From: a virus
IMG/VR virus record: IMGVR_UViG_3300032304_002285
Span: 116,759 to 180,758 of that record
Direction: 5' to 3' (one strand)
Length of the DNA stretch: 64,000 bases
This document shows positions 37,163-45,705 of the stretch, in pieces. Position 1 is the stretch's first letter. Every line of letters starts with the position of its first letter. The notes under the pieces are model-generated. The model was not told the origin of the DNA. It worked only from the letters and a program-made list of their open reading frames with translations, and ran no database searches. Made by a program: the position numbers and the translations under genes.

Positions 37163-37452
37163 CAAAAACTAATGAGAGAAAATTTAATAGGTCTGGGATT
37201 CAGGTCTGTCCAATATGCAAAAATAAATCAGTATTGGTTGAGCATCATATTAACGGAAGAGAAATTAAAGATGCCAATGCTGGTTTCAATATTTCTTGGA
37301 TCTGTGCTTCATGTCATGATCTAGTTCATATTGGGCAGATAGAGATAGAGGGTTGGATGAGAACGACTGATGGAAGGGAACTCTTTTTCCATCAAAGAGG
37401 GGAACCGCCTAAGGTCAAGGATGTTGCAACTCCACCTCTATACGGTAAATAA
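37159..37452 (+). CDS. Small HNH endonuclease
   Basis: CPIC...EHHING...NISWICASCHDLVH. Confidence 0.7.
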   Translation: MTKTNERKFNRSGIQVCPICKNKSVLVEHHINGREIKDANAGFNISWICASCHDLVHIGQIEIEGWMRTTDGRELFFHQRGEPPKVKDVATPPLYGK

Positions 37453-37513
37453 TCTATTGACTAATAAAGACTTATAGATATTCTGACTATTTCTTAAAAT
37501 TCTTTTCGTTTAG

Positions 37514-37545
37514 TTTGGATTTTCAGGTCTCCTTGGGTAATACAT
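37514..37545 (+). promoter_or_regulatory. Promoter candidate TTTGGATTT-N12-GGGTAATACAT
   Basis: Same elements and spacing as 13308-13339. Confidence 0.65.
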
Positions 37546-37557
37546 GGGTGTAAGAGA

Positions 37558-38139
37558 TTGATCCCAGTAACCAAGGAGACAATGATGAACGACTACGCTT
37601 CCTCCCCTGCTGCGGTGATGCTTGCCACTCACTGTGTTGTGTGTGGGAGACCCCTTATTGATTCCATCAGCGTTGAAATGGGCATTGGTCCCGAATGCCG
37701 GGAAGGCTTCAACGCCGACTTGAGCCCCGAAGATCAGAAGAAGGCCAATGTGCTGGTCCATGAGGCTTCGGTTGCGGCTCAGAATGGCAAGGTTGAGAAG
37801 GTTCTTGCCATTGCTAAGCAGATTGAAGAAGAATGCCATATGGGGGAATTGGCTGAGAAGATCCGGGAACGGTTCAAGGTTTCTCATCGGGACCCGGACA
37901 TTCTGATTGAGAAGCGGGGACAGGTGTTGATGGTTGTGACGCCTTATCGGCGCGGGAAGGCTGAAGACTTCAAGCAGGCATGGCGCAGCATTCCGGGGAG
38001 ACGGTGGGATAAGTTGGTGAATGCCAACATGATCCCGGAAAGCCAGAAGTCTGCTCTCTGGGACCTCCTCAAGAAATTCTTTCCGGGGAAGTACGGGAAG
38101 GGTCCTCAGGGTTGGTTCCGAGTCCCCAAGTCTGTCTGA
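37558..38139 (+). CDS. DUF6011-like Zn-finger protein (likely ATG at 37582)
   Basis: CVVCGRPLIDSISVEMGIGPEC; AAGGAG SD before the ATG. Confidence 0.6.
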   Translation: MIPVTKETMMNDYASSPAAVMLATHCVVCGRPLIDSISVEMGIGPECREGFNADLSPEDQKKANVLVHEASVAAQNGKVEKVLAIAKQIEEECHMGELAEKIRERFKVSHRDPDILIEKRGQVLMVVTPYRRGKAEDFKQAWRSIPGRRWDKLVNANMIPESQKSALWDLLKKFFPGKYGKGPQGWFRVPKSV

Positions 38140-38152
38140 TCGGGGGACAAGT

Positions 38153-38192
38153 AAAGGACTCGTACTGAATAAGGTACGGGTCCTTTTTCTTT
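38153..38192 (+). terminator. Rho-independent terminator
   Basis: AAAGGACTCGTAC/GTACGGGTCCTTT stem plus T-tract. Confidence 0.85.
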
Positions 38193-38241
38193 GGTTGTGG
38201 ATTATTTTCCAGGGAAATATAAGAAAAAGATATATTTGTGG

Positions 38242-38249
38242 GGTATAAT
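38242..38249 (+). promoter_or_regulatory. GGTATAAT promoter candidate
   Basis: Intergenic, between a terminator and ATG 38295. Confidence 0.55.
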
Positions 38250-38294
38250 GAGAGTGCAGCAAGGAATGAAGACATCAGCTAAAAGGGAAAGTAA

Positions 38295-39053
38295 ATGGAA
38301 AAAAAGCAGATCATGACGTATGAAGAGGCGAAAGCCTTTGTCCAGAAGCATGGGATTAAAAAAGCTATGGAGTTTATGACATGGATGAGTAGACCAGCCG
38401 GGGTTCCATCTAATCCTTGGAAGGCTTATCAGGGTAGGGGTTGGACATCTTGGCCTGAGTTTTTGGGAAAAAAGAAGAAGCCTAATGGTTCTAATTTTCT
38501 TTCTTATGATGAAGTAAAGGAGATTATTCGTAAGAAGGGAATCAAAAGGATGGTGGATTACAGGACGTGGGAAGAAAGACCTTCCAATATTCCATCTAAT
38601 CCTGAAGTTTTTTATAAAGGAAAGGGCTGGGTTAGTTGGTCCGAATTCTTGGGTAATGGGAGAAGACCAAGGAACCTTGTTTTTCTTTCTTATGAAGAAG
38701 CTAGGGCGATTGTTCAGAAGCAAGGGATTAAAGGAAGAGAGGAATACAGAAAGTGGAAAAAGAGACCTCTTAATCTCCCCTATTGCCCTTCTGACGTTTA
38801 TAAAAACAAGGGTTGGGTTTCTTGGTCTGATTTTTTTGGAAATGATTTTACTCCTAGGGTTTTTAGTCACTTGTCTTATGAAGATGCAAAAAAGATTGTT
38901 CAAAAACAAGGAGTTAAATCGGTAAATGAATATCGAAAATGGAAAAAATCATCCGATATTCCACGTAACCCGGATAGGTTTTATGTAAATAAAGGATGGA
39001 CTAGCTGGGTTGATTTTTTTGGTACTGAAAGAAAACCAATAAAAACTTCTTAA
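38295..39053 (+). CDS. Protein of four ~60-aa 'integrase repeat unit'-like repeats
   Basis: 4x [FLSYEEA...GIK...Y..W..RP.NIP.NP...YKNKGW.SW.EF.G]. Confidence 0.75.
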   Translation: MEKKQIMTYEEAKAFVQKHGIKKAMEFMTWMSRPAGVPSNPWKAYQGRGWTSWPEFLGKKKKPNGSNFLSYDEVKEIIRKKGIKRMVDYRTWEERPSNIPSNPEVFYKGKGWVSWSEFLGNGRRPRNLVFLSYEEARAIVQKQGIKGREEYRKWKKRPLNLPYCPSDVYKNKGWVSWSDFFGNDFTPRVFSHLSYEDAKKIVQKQGVKSVNEYRKWKKSSDIPRNPDRFYVNKGWTSWVDFFGTERKPIKTS

Positions 39054-39071
39054 GGGTTTCTTTGGATTTCC

Positions 39072-39114
39072 AAGGGTTGCCAGTGATATATAGTCATGGC
39101 AACCCTTATTTTTT
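39072..39114 (+). terminator. Hairpin plus T-tract, probable terminator
   Basis: Perfect 11-bp AAGGGTTGCCA/TGGCAACCCTT, followed by ATTTTTT. Confidence 0.75.
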
Positions 39115-39131
39115 ACTCAGGAGTCCGATAA

Positions 39132-39881
39132 ATGAATGTAGTCTTGGTAAAGGGTAGTCCTCCCCGGTATAGCCTTTATTGCATCCATAAAGAGATTGGG
39201 GAACGGTTTACAGTCCGGGTTAAGGTTCTTGACGAGAAGGGTTCTCTTATTGAAATCCGGGATATCCCCGGCTTCACTATCCTTCAGTCTGCCAAAGAGC
39301 GTCTTAAGGGCATGGTTAAGATCAAGCAGGAAAAAGGGAAGATGAATTATGTTCAAAACCCTCCCGATTGGATCTGTGCTCACTTTGAAGACGAAAACAA
39401 GCTGATTGTTTCTAATGATGAAATGCTTCAAAGCCTTAAGGATGCACTCAAAGAACGCTATGTTTGTTTTAAGGACAATTCCGGCTTGGAAGACAAATTT
39501 GATCTTGATGTTGAATACCTTGCTATCCATTTGGGTGATGATGAATTCATTGACGTTTATAATAAGTATGGAGAAATTTGTACTTGTATGTCAACTCGCT
39601 TCGCCTCTGTGAAAAAGACAGAGGATTGTTTGGAAGCAGAGAGATTAATGGATAGCTCTAAGAACGCTATCAAAAAGATTCATTCGGTTGCGGTTAAGCC
39701 TTGTCTTGATTGTATGGGGAAAGGAGTAGACGTTCACTGTGTAAATTATGACAACAGTTGCGCTTTGAATGAACGGTGTTTTGAGGATAATTGTAGCTGT
39801 ATTGACCAGAAGTTGGAGACTCATAAATGCCGGGAGTGTGACGGTACTGGTTTTATTCAAGTTAGGGATGAAGAGGACTAA
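39132..39881 (+). CDS. Hypothetical protein with C-terminal Cys-rich (DnaJ-like CxxCxGxG) region
   Basis: CLDCMGKG...CRECDGTG. Confidence 0.55.
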   Translation: MNVVLVKGSPPRYSLYCIHKEIGERFTVRVKVLDEKGSLIEIRDIPGFTILQSAKERLKGMVKIKQEKGKMNYVQNPPDWICAHFEDENKLIVSNDEMLQSLKDALKERYVCFKDNSGLEDKFDLDVEYLAIHLGDDEFIDVYNKYGEICTCMSTRFASVKKTEDCLEAERLMDSSKNAIKKIHSVAVKPCLDCMGKGVDVHCVNYDNSCALNERCFEDNCSCIDQKLETHKCRECDGTGFIQVRDEED

Positions 39882-39953
39882 AGAAAAATTTTTAGGACAG
39901 GAAGATAAAGGATCTTTGGCTGTGTATAATAGGGGCTGGAGACCAAAAGCTTT

Positions 39954-41390
39954 ATGAACATTATCAGAAAAATTGCGCTCAAGAATTTTGAGTCCCATGA
40001 GGACACGGTACTTGACAATCTCTCTCCTGAGTTGAATGCCATTGTTGGTTTAAGCAATTCAGGGAAGTCGGCTATTGTCAGAGCACTTGCACTTATTGCC
40101 TATAACCAATTTGATCCTGAATCAGTTAGGAAGGGCAGTGACAACTGCGAGGTTCAGGTTTGGACAGACAAGGGCAATGTAAAGGTTACACGTGGCAAGA
40201 AGAATCTCTGGGAAGTTACTGATGCTTCCGGTAAGACTTCTTACTTTGATAAAATTGGCAAACAGATTCTTCCTCAGGTTTCGGAAATTCTTGGGTTTGG
40301 TTTGGTAAAGCTGGGTGATGTTGAAATGAAAGTCAATATCATGGATCAGCTTGAGTCTCATTTTATGCTTTCGGAATTTGCGGGGCAAGATGCAACTGGC
40401 TCATTAAGGGCTCAGGTTGTTGATGAAATTTCTGGTCTTTCGGGAATCGAGATGTTAATCCGCGAGGTAAGCTTGGATAATTCTAGGCTTACTCGGGAGA
40501 TCAATCAGCTTGAAGAACAGAATGAAGAGTTGACTAGCAAATTGCATGATGAGAATCTTTTGATTGAGGAGCAACGTGTCCTGAATAAAGTTCAAGAGGA
40601 TATGAAGAATTATGACGAGCTTAAGGAAGCGGTGGTCCTGGTTGAAGGATTGAAGAGCGAGCTTGGTAAGGAACAGGAAAAGATTTCTCAATTGGAAGCT
40701 GAGCTTTCTCAATATCCTGATGAGAAGAAGGCTTTTAGTTTCTTATCGTCAGGGCAAACATTTCTGAATGATGCTGAATCAATGTCTAAGTTTTACAAAG
40801 AATGGCAGGTATCAGAAGCTCAAGCCGTTTCTTTGAATGGTGAGTTAAAGAAGCTTCCTGATAATAGGAAAGCTTTGGGTGTTGTTGATAGTGGTTTAGG
40901 AAAGGTTTCTCGGGGTATGGATGCGCGAAAGTTTTATGATCAGTGGGTAATTTTAGACAGGGATACAAAGTCTTTGAATGTTGAATTAAAGTTGATCCCG
41001 AATGACGTTGCCGCTTTGATTAAGACTAAGCATGCAAATAATTTCATTACGATGGTAGTTAATATGCATGCATTTTTGTCACTGGTGAAAACGTCTCAAG
41101 AACAAGTAGAAAAGCTGACAAGAGATCTTATTAAGTTTGCTGATGAGAAAAAGGCATGGAATATCTTGGAGAAGGTTCCTCTGGTCTTGGAAAAGGCAAA
41201 AAAGATGAAGGCGGATTTGGATGCCTGGAATTCAGTTAAAGCTTTGGAGAAAAATGCTCTTGAATCTTTGAATAGAGAAGATGAATCTTTAAAGAAACAA
41301 ATAAAAGAATATGAGGATGCACGTTCACAGGTTGATGTTTGCCCGATTACGATGAAACCTATTTCTGGGGATTGTTTGCAAAAAGATTAA
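39954..41390 (+). CDS. sbcC: Rad50/SbcC (gp46-like) N-terminal half, ending at the zinc hook
   Basis: LKNFESH, GLSNSGKS, Q-loop MDQLE, coiled coil and terminal CPIT; no signature or Walker B motif. Confidence 0.75.
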   Translation: MNIIRKIALKNFESHEDTVLDNLSPELNAIVGLSNSGKSAIVRALALIAYNQFDPESVRKGSDNCEVQVWTDKGNVKVTRGKKNLWEVTDASGKTSYFDKIGKQILPQVSEILGFGLVKLGDVEMKVNIMDQLESHFMLSEFAGQDATGSLRAQVVDEISGLSGIEMLIREVSLDNSRLTREINQLEEQNEELTSKLHDENLLIEEQRVLNKVQEDMKNYDELKEAVVLVEGLKSELGKEQEKISQLEAELSQYPDEKKAFSFLSSGQTFLNDAESMSKFYKEWQVSEAQAVSLNGELKKLPDNRKALGVVDSGLGKVSRGMDARKFYDQWVILDRDTKSLNVELKLIPNDVAALIKTKHANNFITMVVNMHAFLSLVKTSQEQVEKLTRDLIKFADEKKAWNILEKVPLVLEKAKKMKADLDAWNSVKALEKNALESLNREDESLKKQIKEYEDARSQVDVCPITMKPISGDCLQKD

Positions 41391-41404
41391 TTGGAGAGGA
41401 AGAT

Positions 41405-41842
41405 ATGAAAGAATTTATTGGTATTTCTGTAAAGTTTTTTTTGGCAAATGGGTGTAAGCTGGAAGGTATTGTTTTAGATGATAAGAGTGATCGGGTACTG
41501 ATCAAGGATGAAGAGTCCGGGGATGTTTCCAGGATCTTCAAAAATCATATTGTTCTTTTTGTCCCAGCTTCAGAACCAGAGGCTTTTATTCCCTTGCAGC
41601 TTTTGAGTTGTTCATGTGAGAGCATTGGTTGTCCGGGGGTAAAATATATTACAGAGGGAGAAACCCTTACTCGTAAAATGTTTGATGAGTTTATGAAACC
41701 TTGTCCGAAGCGTTCACAACAATGTCAGTGCCAAACTAAAGGAGATATACGTACTGTTTCTTCAAAGACTTTAAGCAAGACCATTTCGGGGATGATGTTT
41801 GGAGACTATCCAGAAGTAGAGGAGAAAAAGAATGGCAAGTAA
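41405..41842 (+). CDS. Hypothetical (Sm-like N-terminus, Cys-rich C-terminus)
   Basis: VKFFLANGCKLEGIV...IFKNHIVLF; GGAGAGG SD. Confidence 0.45.
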   Translation: MKEFIGISVKFFLANGCKLEGIVLDDKSDRVLIKDEESGDVSRIFKNHIVLFVPASEPEAFIPLQLLSCSCESIGCPGVKYITEGETLTRKMFDEFMKPCPKRSQQCQCQTKGDIRTVSSKTLSKTISGMMFGDYPEVEEKKNGK

Positions 41843-42200
41843 TTTGGAAGAAAAAATCAAGCGATTGCATGAGGCGAAAAAGAAAGCTGAGGATATTTCA
41901 AACCGGAAGCAAAGGATTACCGGTGAGTTGGATGGACATCAGAAGCGTCTTTCTGAATTAGAAAAGAAATGTAAGGAAGAATATGATTGTGAGGTTACGG
42001 ACCTTCCTGGGTTGATTGATCAACTGGAGAAGGAAGCGGACATTTCTATTTCTGAAGCAGAGAGAATTCTTTCGGTTCCTGCAACGGTTGTGGAACAAGA
42101 GAATCCTGTTGAAATTCCTGTTGTTGGATCTTCTATCCCTAAAGTTCTTGAGCGTAAAATTAAAATGCCTAAAGCATTGCAAGAAGAAGACGTTCTATAA
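41832..42200 (+). CDS. Coiled-coil hypothetical protein
   Basis: Heptad-rich 122 aa. Confidence 0.55.
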   Translation: MASNLEEKIKRLHEAKKKAEDISNRKQRITGELDGHQKRLSELEKKCKEEYDCEVTDLPGLIDQLEKEADISISEAERILSVPATVVEQENPVEIPVVGSSIPKVLERKIKMPKALQEEDVL

Positions 42201-42212
42201 TTTGGAGAAATC

Positions 42213-42773
42213 ATGGAAGCCACAGATGATTCTGTATATTTAGGTCTTGATCTTTCTTTGAGTTCTACTGGTTTTTGCATCAAGAAGGGTGGAGAAACCA
42301 AAGTAGAGACGATTAAGAGTGTCCCTGGTGATTTTGATGATGATCTTAGTAGGCTGAAGCATATTTGCCATGAGATTATCAGAAGAATCCCCAAAGACGT
42401 TAAGATGATTTGTGTGGAGGATTTTTATACTCCATGCAATGCCAAGCAGATTGGAAGTGCCATCAAGTTGGCGATGCTTGGTACTGTTATTCGGATGGCG
42501 TTGTATGATGCCAAATTTCCTTTCTACCTCATCAGTCCGAATCAGATTAAGAAATTCGTGACGGGGAAGGGTTCTGGTCCGAAGAGTATGATTGTGATGG
42601 CTGTGTATAAACATTACGGGAAAGAAGTCGCTGATGATAACCAAGCAGACGCAATGGTGTTGAGCCATATTGCTAAGGCTTTGGTGAATACTTCAGATGT
42701 TTTCCAGCCAACTAAGGCTCAGAGTGAGGTTATCAAAAAGGTTCTTACTGATCGTCCTCGATATAATTGCTGA
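42213..42773 (+). CDS. ruvC: RuvC-like Holliday junction resolvase
   Basis: LGLDLSLSSTG, CVED, IKKFVTGKG and DDNQADA. Confidence 0.85.
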   Translation: MEATDDSVYLGLDLSLSSTGFCIKKGGETKVETIKSVPGDFDDDLSRLKHICHEIIRRIPKDVKMICVEDFYTPCNAKQIGSAIKLAMLGTVIRMALYDAKFPFYLISPNQIKKFVTGKGSGPKSMIVMAVYKHYGKEVADDNQADAMVLSHIAKALVNTSDVFQPTKAQSEVIKKVLTDRPRYNC

Positions 42774-42798
42774 GATTGGGAATAACTCAGGATAACCC

Positions 42799-42838
42799 AA
42801 AAGCTCTGGAGGTAAAAATCCAGGGCTTTTGTTTTTTT
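42799..42838 (+). terminator. Rho-independent terminator
   Basis: AAAAGCTCTGGA/TCCAGGGCTTTT plus T-tract. Confidence 0.85.
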
Positions 42839-42867
42839 AGAATTGTTAGATAAAAAATGAATAGGAA

Positions 42868-44403
42868 ATGACTTGGAGTACGATGATGAGAATTTTAGCT
42901 CGTGAATTACTGAAGCTTGCACGTTGTCTTGTGTCCTCTTCTTCTGAAAAAGAAGTCGAAAGACTTTTAAAAGCTTTTCTTCCTGGGACAATGTTTTCTG
43001 GTCGAGTTCATTCGGTTGGGGGATATAATAGAGACGAGCTACTTGGATTAGAAGCAAAAGATTTAGATCTTGTTGTTGAGCTTCCTTCTGAGAAAGGCAA
43101 GCAAATGCCAGAAGGAGCCAAGAAATTTACTCATTTTGTTTGGCAATCATTCCCTCAAGCTATTCACAAACCTTTTCAGACTGGTGCTGCTTATCCTATT
43201 TGGCAGATGGTTTTTGATGGTGATGTTGAATTCAATGGGGAAGTGTATAAAACGAAAGGTGCTTCTATTGATGTTGCGGATACAATGAAGGAAACATTTC
43301 CTGATCCGACTACCAGACAAAGACAGACTCAATGGGGAACTCTTCAAGAAGATGTTGAGAGAAGAGATTTCACTGTTAACTCTTTGCTCAAGGATATGAC
43401 AACGGGAGAGTTTATTGATTTAACTGGAGTAAGTGTTACAGACATCAAGAAGGGAATCCTTAGAGGGAATCCCATGGTAGATATGGATGACATCTTTACA
43501 AATGATCCATTAAGGATGATAAGACTTGTGCGATTCCAGGCAAAATATGGATGGGATGTTCCGATTAGCGTTCTTAAATCTGTGAAGAGGAATGCTGAAA
43601 GGATTCAGATTGTTTCTGCTGAGAGAATCATGGCAGAGCTTGAGAAGGTGATGAAGCTAGGGAAGCTTGCTCAGGCTATTAAGATGATGAAGGCGATTGG
43701 ATTGCTTAAATATGTAATGCCAGAGGTTCACGCCTTACATGGTGTTAAGCAAAGTCCAGATCATCACTTGGAGGGTGATTGCTTTGCTCATACGATGTTG
43801 GTGTTAAAAGGTGCTCCTCCAACCATTGAAGGGCAATTAGCCGCTTTATTGCATGATATTGGGAAACCCAAGTCTCAGGAGATTTTAGAGGATGGGATTC
43901 ATTTCCATGGTCATGATGAAGTTGGAGCAGGGATAGCAGAGGCAATGTTGCATCGGCTGAAGTTTGACAAAGAAACCATTAGTAGGGTTGTCACAATGGT
44001 TCGGAGTCATATGCGCCCATATCATCTTATTGATTCTTCTGAAAAGGCATTAAGAAAGTTCATTAGAGATCTTGGGGAAGAGATGTCGGATGCTGTGGTA
44101 AGTCTGGCTGATGCTGATGAAGCTGCCTCCCTTGGTCCTCTAGTCCCCCATGGAAGCATTAAGAAGCTTCAGGAACGCTTAAGGCAGGTAAAGGAGTCTC
44201 CGATCAAGGTACAGGGGAAACCTGTCTTAGATGGTCATGAAATCATGAAGCTTTTAGGCATTGGTCCAAAAGATAGAAGTCGTATGCCTGAGATTGGTAA
44301 GGCTCAGAAGTTTCTTTTGGAATTAGCTGATGATTGGGCTTCTCTTGGGAAAGAACTGACTCCTGCTGATGCAATATCAGAATTGAAGAACCAGACTTTC
44401 TAA
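42868..44403 (+). CDS. cca: CCA-adding tRNA nucleotidyltransferase (class II) with HD domain
   Basis: VGGYNRD, DLDL, RRDFTVNSL, DPLRMIRLVRF, SAERI and LLHDIGKP. Confidence 0.92.
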   Translation: MTWSTMMRILARELLKLARCLVSSSSEKEVERLLKAFLPGTMFSGRVHSVGGYNRDELLGLEAKDLDLVVELPSEKGKQMPEGAKKFTHFVWQSFPQAIHKPFQTGAAYPIWQMVFDGDVEFNGEVYKTKGASIDVADTMKETFPDPTTRQRQTQWGTLQEDVERRDFTVNSLLKDMTTGEFIDLTGVSVTDIKKGILRGNPMVDMDDIFTNDPLRMIRLVRFQAKYGWDVPISVLKSVKRNAERIQIVSAERIMAELEKVMKLGKLAQAIKMMKAIGLLKYVMPEVHALHGVKQSPDHHLEGDCFAHTMLVLKGAPPTIEGQLAALLHDIGKPKSQEILEDGIHFHGHDEVGAGIAEAMLHRLKFDKETISRVVTMVRSHMRPYHLIDSSEKALRKFIRDLGEEMSDAVVSLADADEAASLGPLVPHGSIKKLQERLRQVKESPIKVQGKPVLDGHEIMKLLGIGPKDRSRMPEIGKAQKFLLELADDWASLGKELTPADAISELKNQTF

Positions 44404-44419
44404 ATCCCACCTACCTTTA

Positions 44420-44456
44420 GTATTTCCATTTTGTATTTATTATGAAATGGAAATAC
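44420..44456. repeat. Intergenic inverted repeat
   Basis: Perfect 12-bp arms GTATTTCCATTT/AAATGGAAATAC; extendable to 16 bp with G-T pairs. Confidence 0.8.
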
Positions 44457-44497
44457 CATTTTTGAATGCAAATACCATTGATTAAAAGAGGAGGTTT

Positions 44498-45472
44498 ATG
44501 CAAAAGCATCAACGCTATCAAATGATTAAGGACGTTGAACGAAGGATTAGAGCTTCAATTCAGTATTCTAGATGGGTGGATAAGAACAGAGCAACGTCTT
44601 GTATTCGCTGTGGTGCTCTAGATGGGCTTGAGGTTCATCATATGGTGGAGCTTTACCATATTATTCTTGGCTTATGGAAATTTTATGGAGATTGGGACGT
44701 TGTTTTGAGCCATGCTTTATTGACACATGATACAAATAAATATGAAGGAGTTACGATTTGCTCAAAATGTCATGAGTTATTGCATCCAGGGAGGACGATT
44801 GCTTATTCCAAGGATGACGTGCGAGTGACAGATTGGATTGTAATGCCTAGAAAATTAGATTTTAAGTTTTCGATTGGTACGAAGAATGTAGATCCTGATA
44901 GTATTGGGCTTTTAGGTCTTCAGACTTTGTGTGGAATTGGCTGGCACATTTTGAATGGGTATATGTCAAGCAATGAAATTGTTTTTAATTGGAGAAGGTT
45001 CGCTGAGGTTGTTGGGAAAGTTCCATCTACTTCCTTTAATAATGGGTTTGAGATTGCTTTGGAGTCGTTGGTTAAGAACAATGTAATTGAGGCTTTTTCT
45101 CGGAATGACAAAGAGGTAAAGATTCGTTTAACTCCTAATTTTAAGTCAATGCTTCAAATTAATCCTTGGTTTATTTCTATTGAAGACATTAAGACTTCGA
45201 GAATGGTTGTTTTGCTTCTTCGGATTCTGTTGAGTTTTCACGGTAATAAGCAGAATTATCTGATCATGAAGGATAAGTTGGCTTCTTATCTTCAGATGGA
45301 GACTACTACTCCCGCCTTTATCAACAAGAGTGTTTTGAGTGCGGTTGATGAGATTCCATGGACAGAAGTGAAAGATGAGGGCGATAAGTTCAAATTCAGC
45401 CTAAAAAAACGTGGGGCAATCCCGGTTTACTCCTTGCGTTCTTGTCTTTCGCATGCTCTCACCTTGGCCTAG
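44498..45472 (+). CDS. HNH domain fused to a winged-helix/Rep-like C-terminus
   Basis: CIRCG...LEVHH...VTICSKCHELLH; C-terminus loosely Rep_3-like (KLASYL...FINKSVLSAVDEI). Confidence 0.55.
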   Translation: MQKHQRYQMIKDVERRIRASIQYSRWVDKNRATSCIRCGALDGLEVHHMVELYHIILGLWKFYGDWDVVLSHALLTHDTNKYEGVTICSKCHELLHPGRTIAYSKDDVRVTDWIVMPRKLDFKFSIGTKNVDPDSIGLLGLQTLCGIGWHILNGYMSSNEIVFNWRRFAEVVGKVPSTSFNNGFEIALESLVKNNVIEAFSRNDKEVKIRLTPNFKSMLQINPWFISIEDIKTSRMVVLLLRILLSFHGNKQNYLIMKDKLASYLQMETTTPAFINKSVLSAVDEIPWTEVKDEGDKFKFSLKKRGAIPVYSLRSCLSHALTLA

Positions 45473-45663
45473 CCGTAGTACTTGCATTTCAAAACCACTA
45501 GCTTTGCATTTTGTCAAGTTTTCAAAGATGGAAGTCATAAGTAGTTGTTAGTGGGGATCTTCCGGGTGGTTTGTAGGGAAACAGAGGGAATGGGTTCCCC
45601 CTACAACCCTATCTATATAAGAGTGATTTGGGTTAGTTTGTGGCTTTAGGTTTCTCAAATATT

Positions 45664-45688
45664 TTTTATATTTGGGATAGTGTATAAA
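45664..45688 (+). promoter_or_regulatory. Promoter candidate TTTTATAT-N11-TATAAA
   Basis: Same elements and spacing at 56257-56281. Confidence 0.6.
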
Positions 45689-45705
45689 GCACTAGGGAGT
45701 TTCAT

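Noticed and set aside
39061-39092. Third full copy of the TTTGGATTT promoter
   Set aside because: The downstream element is mismatched, one base closer, and lies within a terminator-like hairpin; counted only as a partial match.
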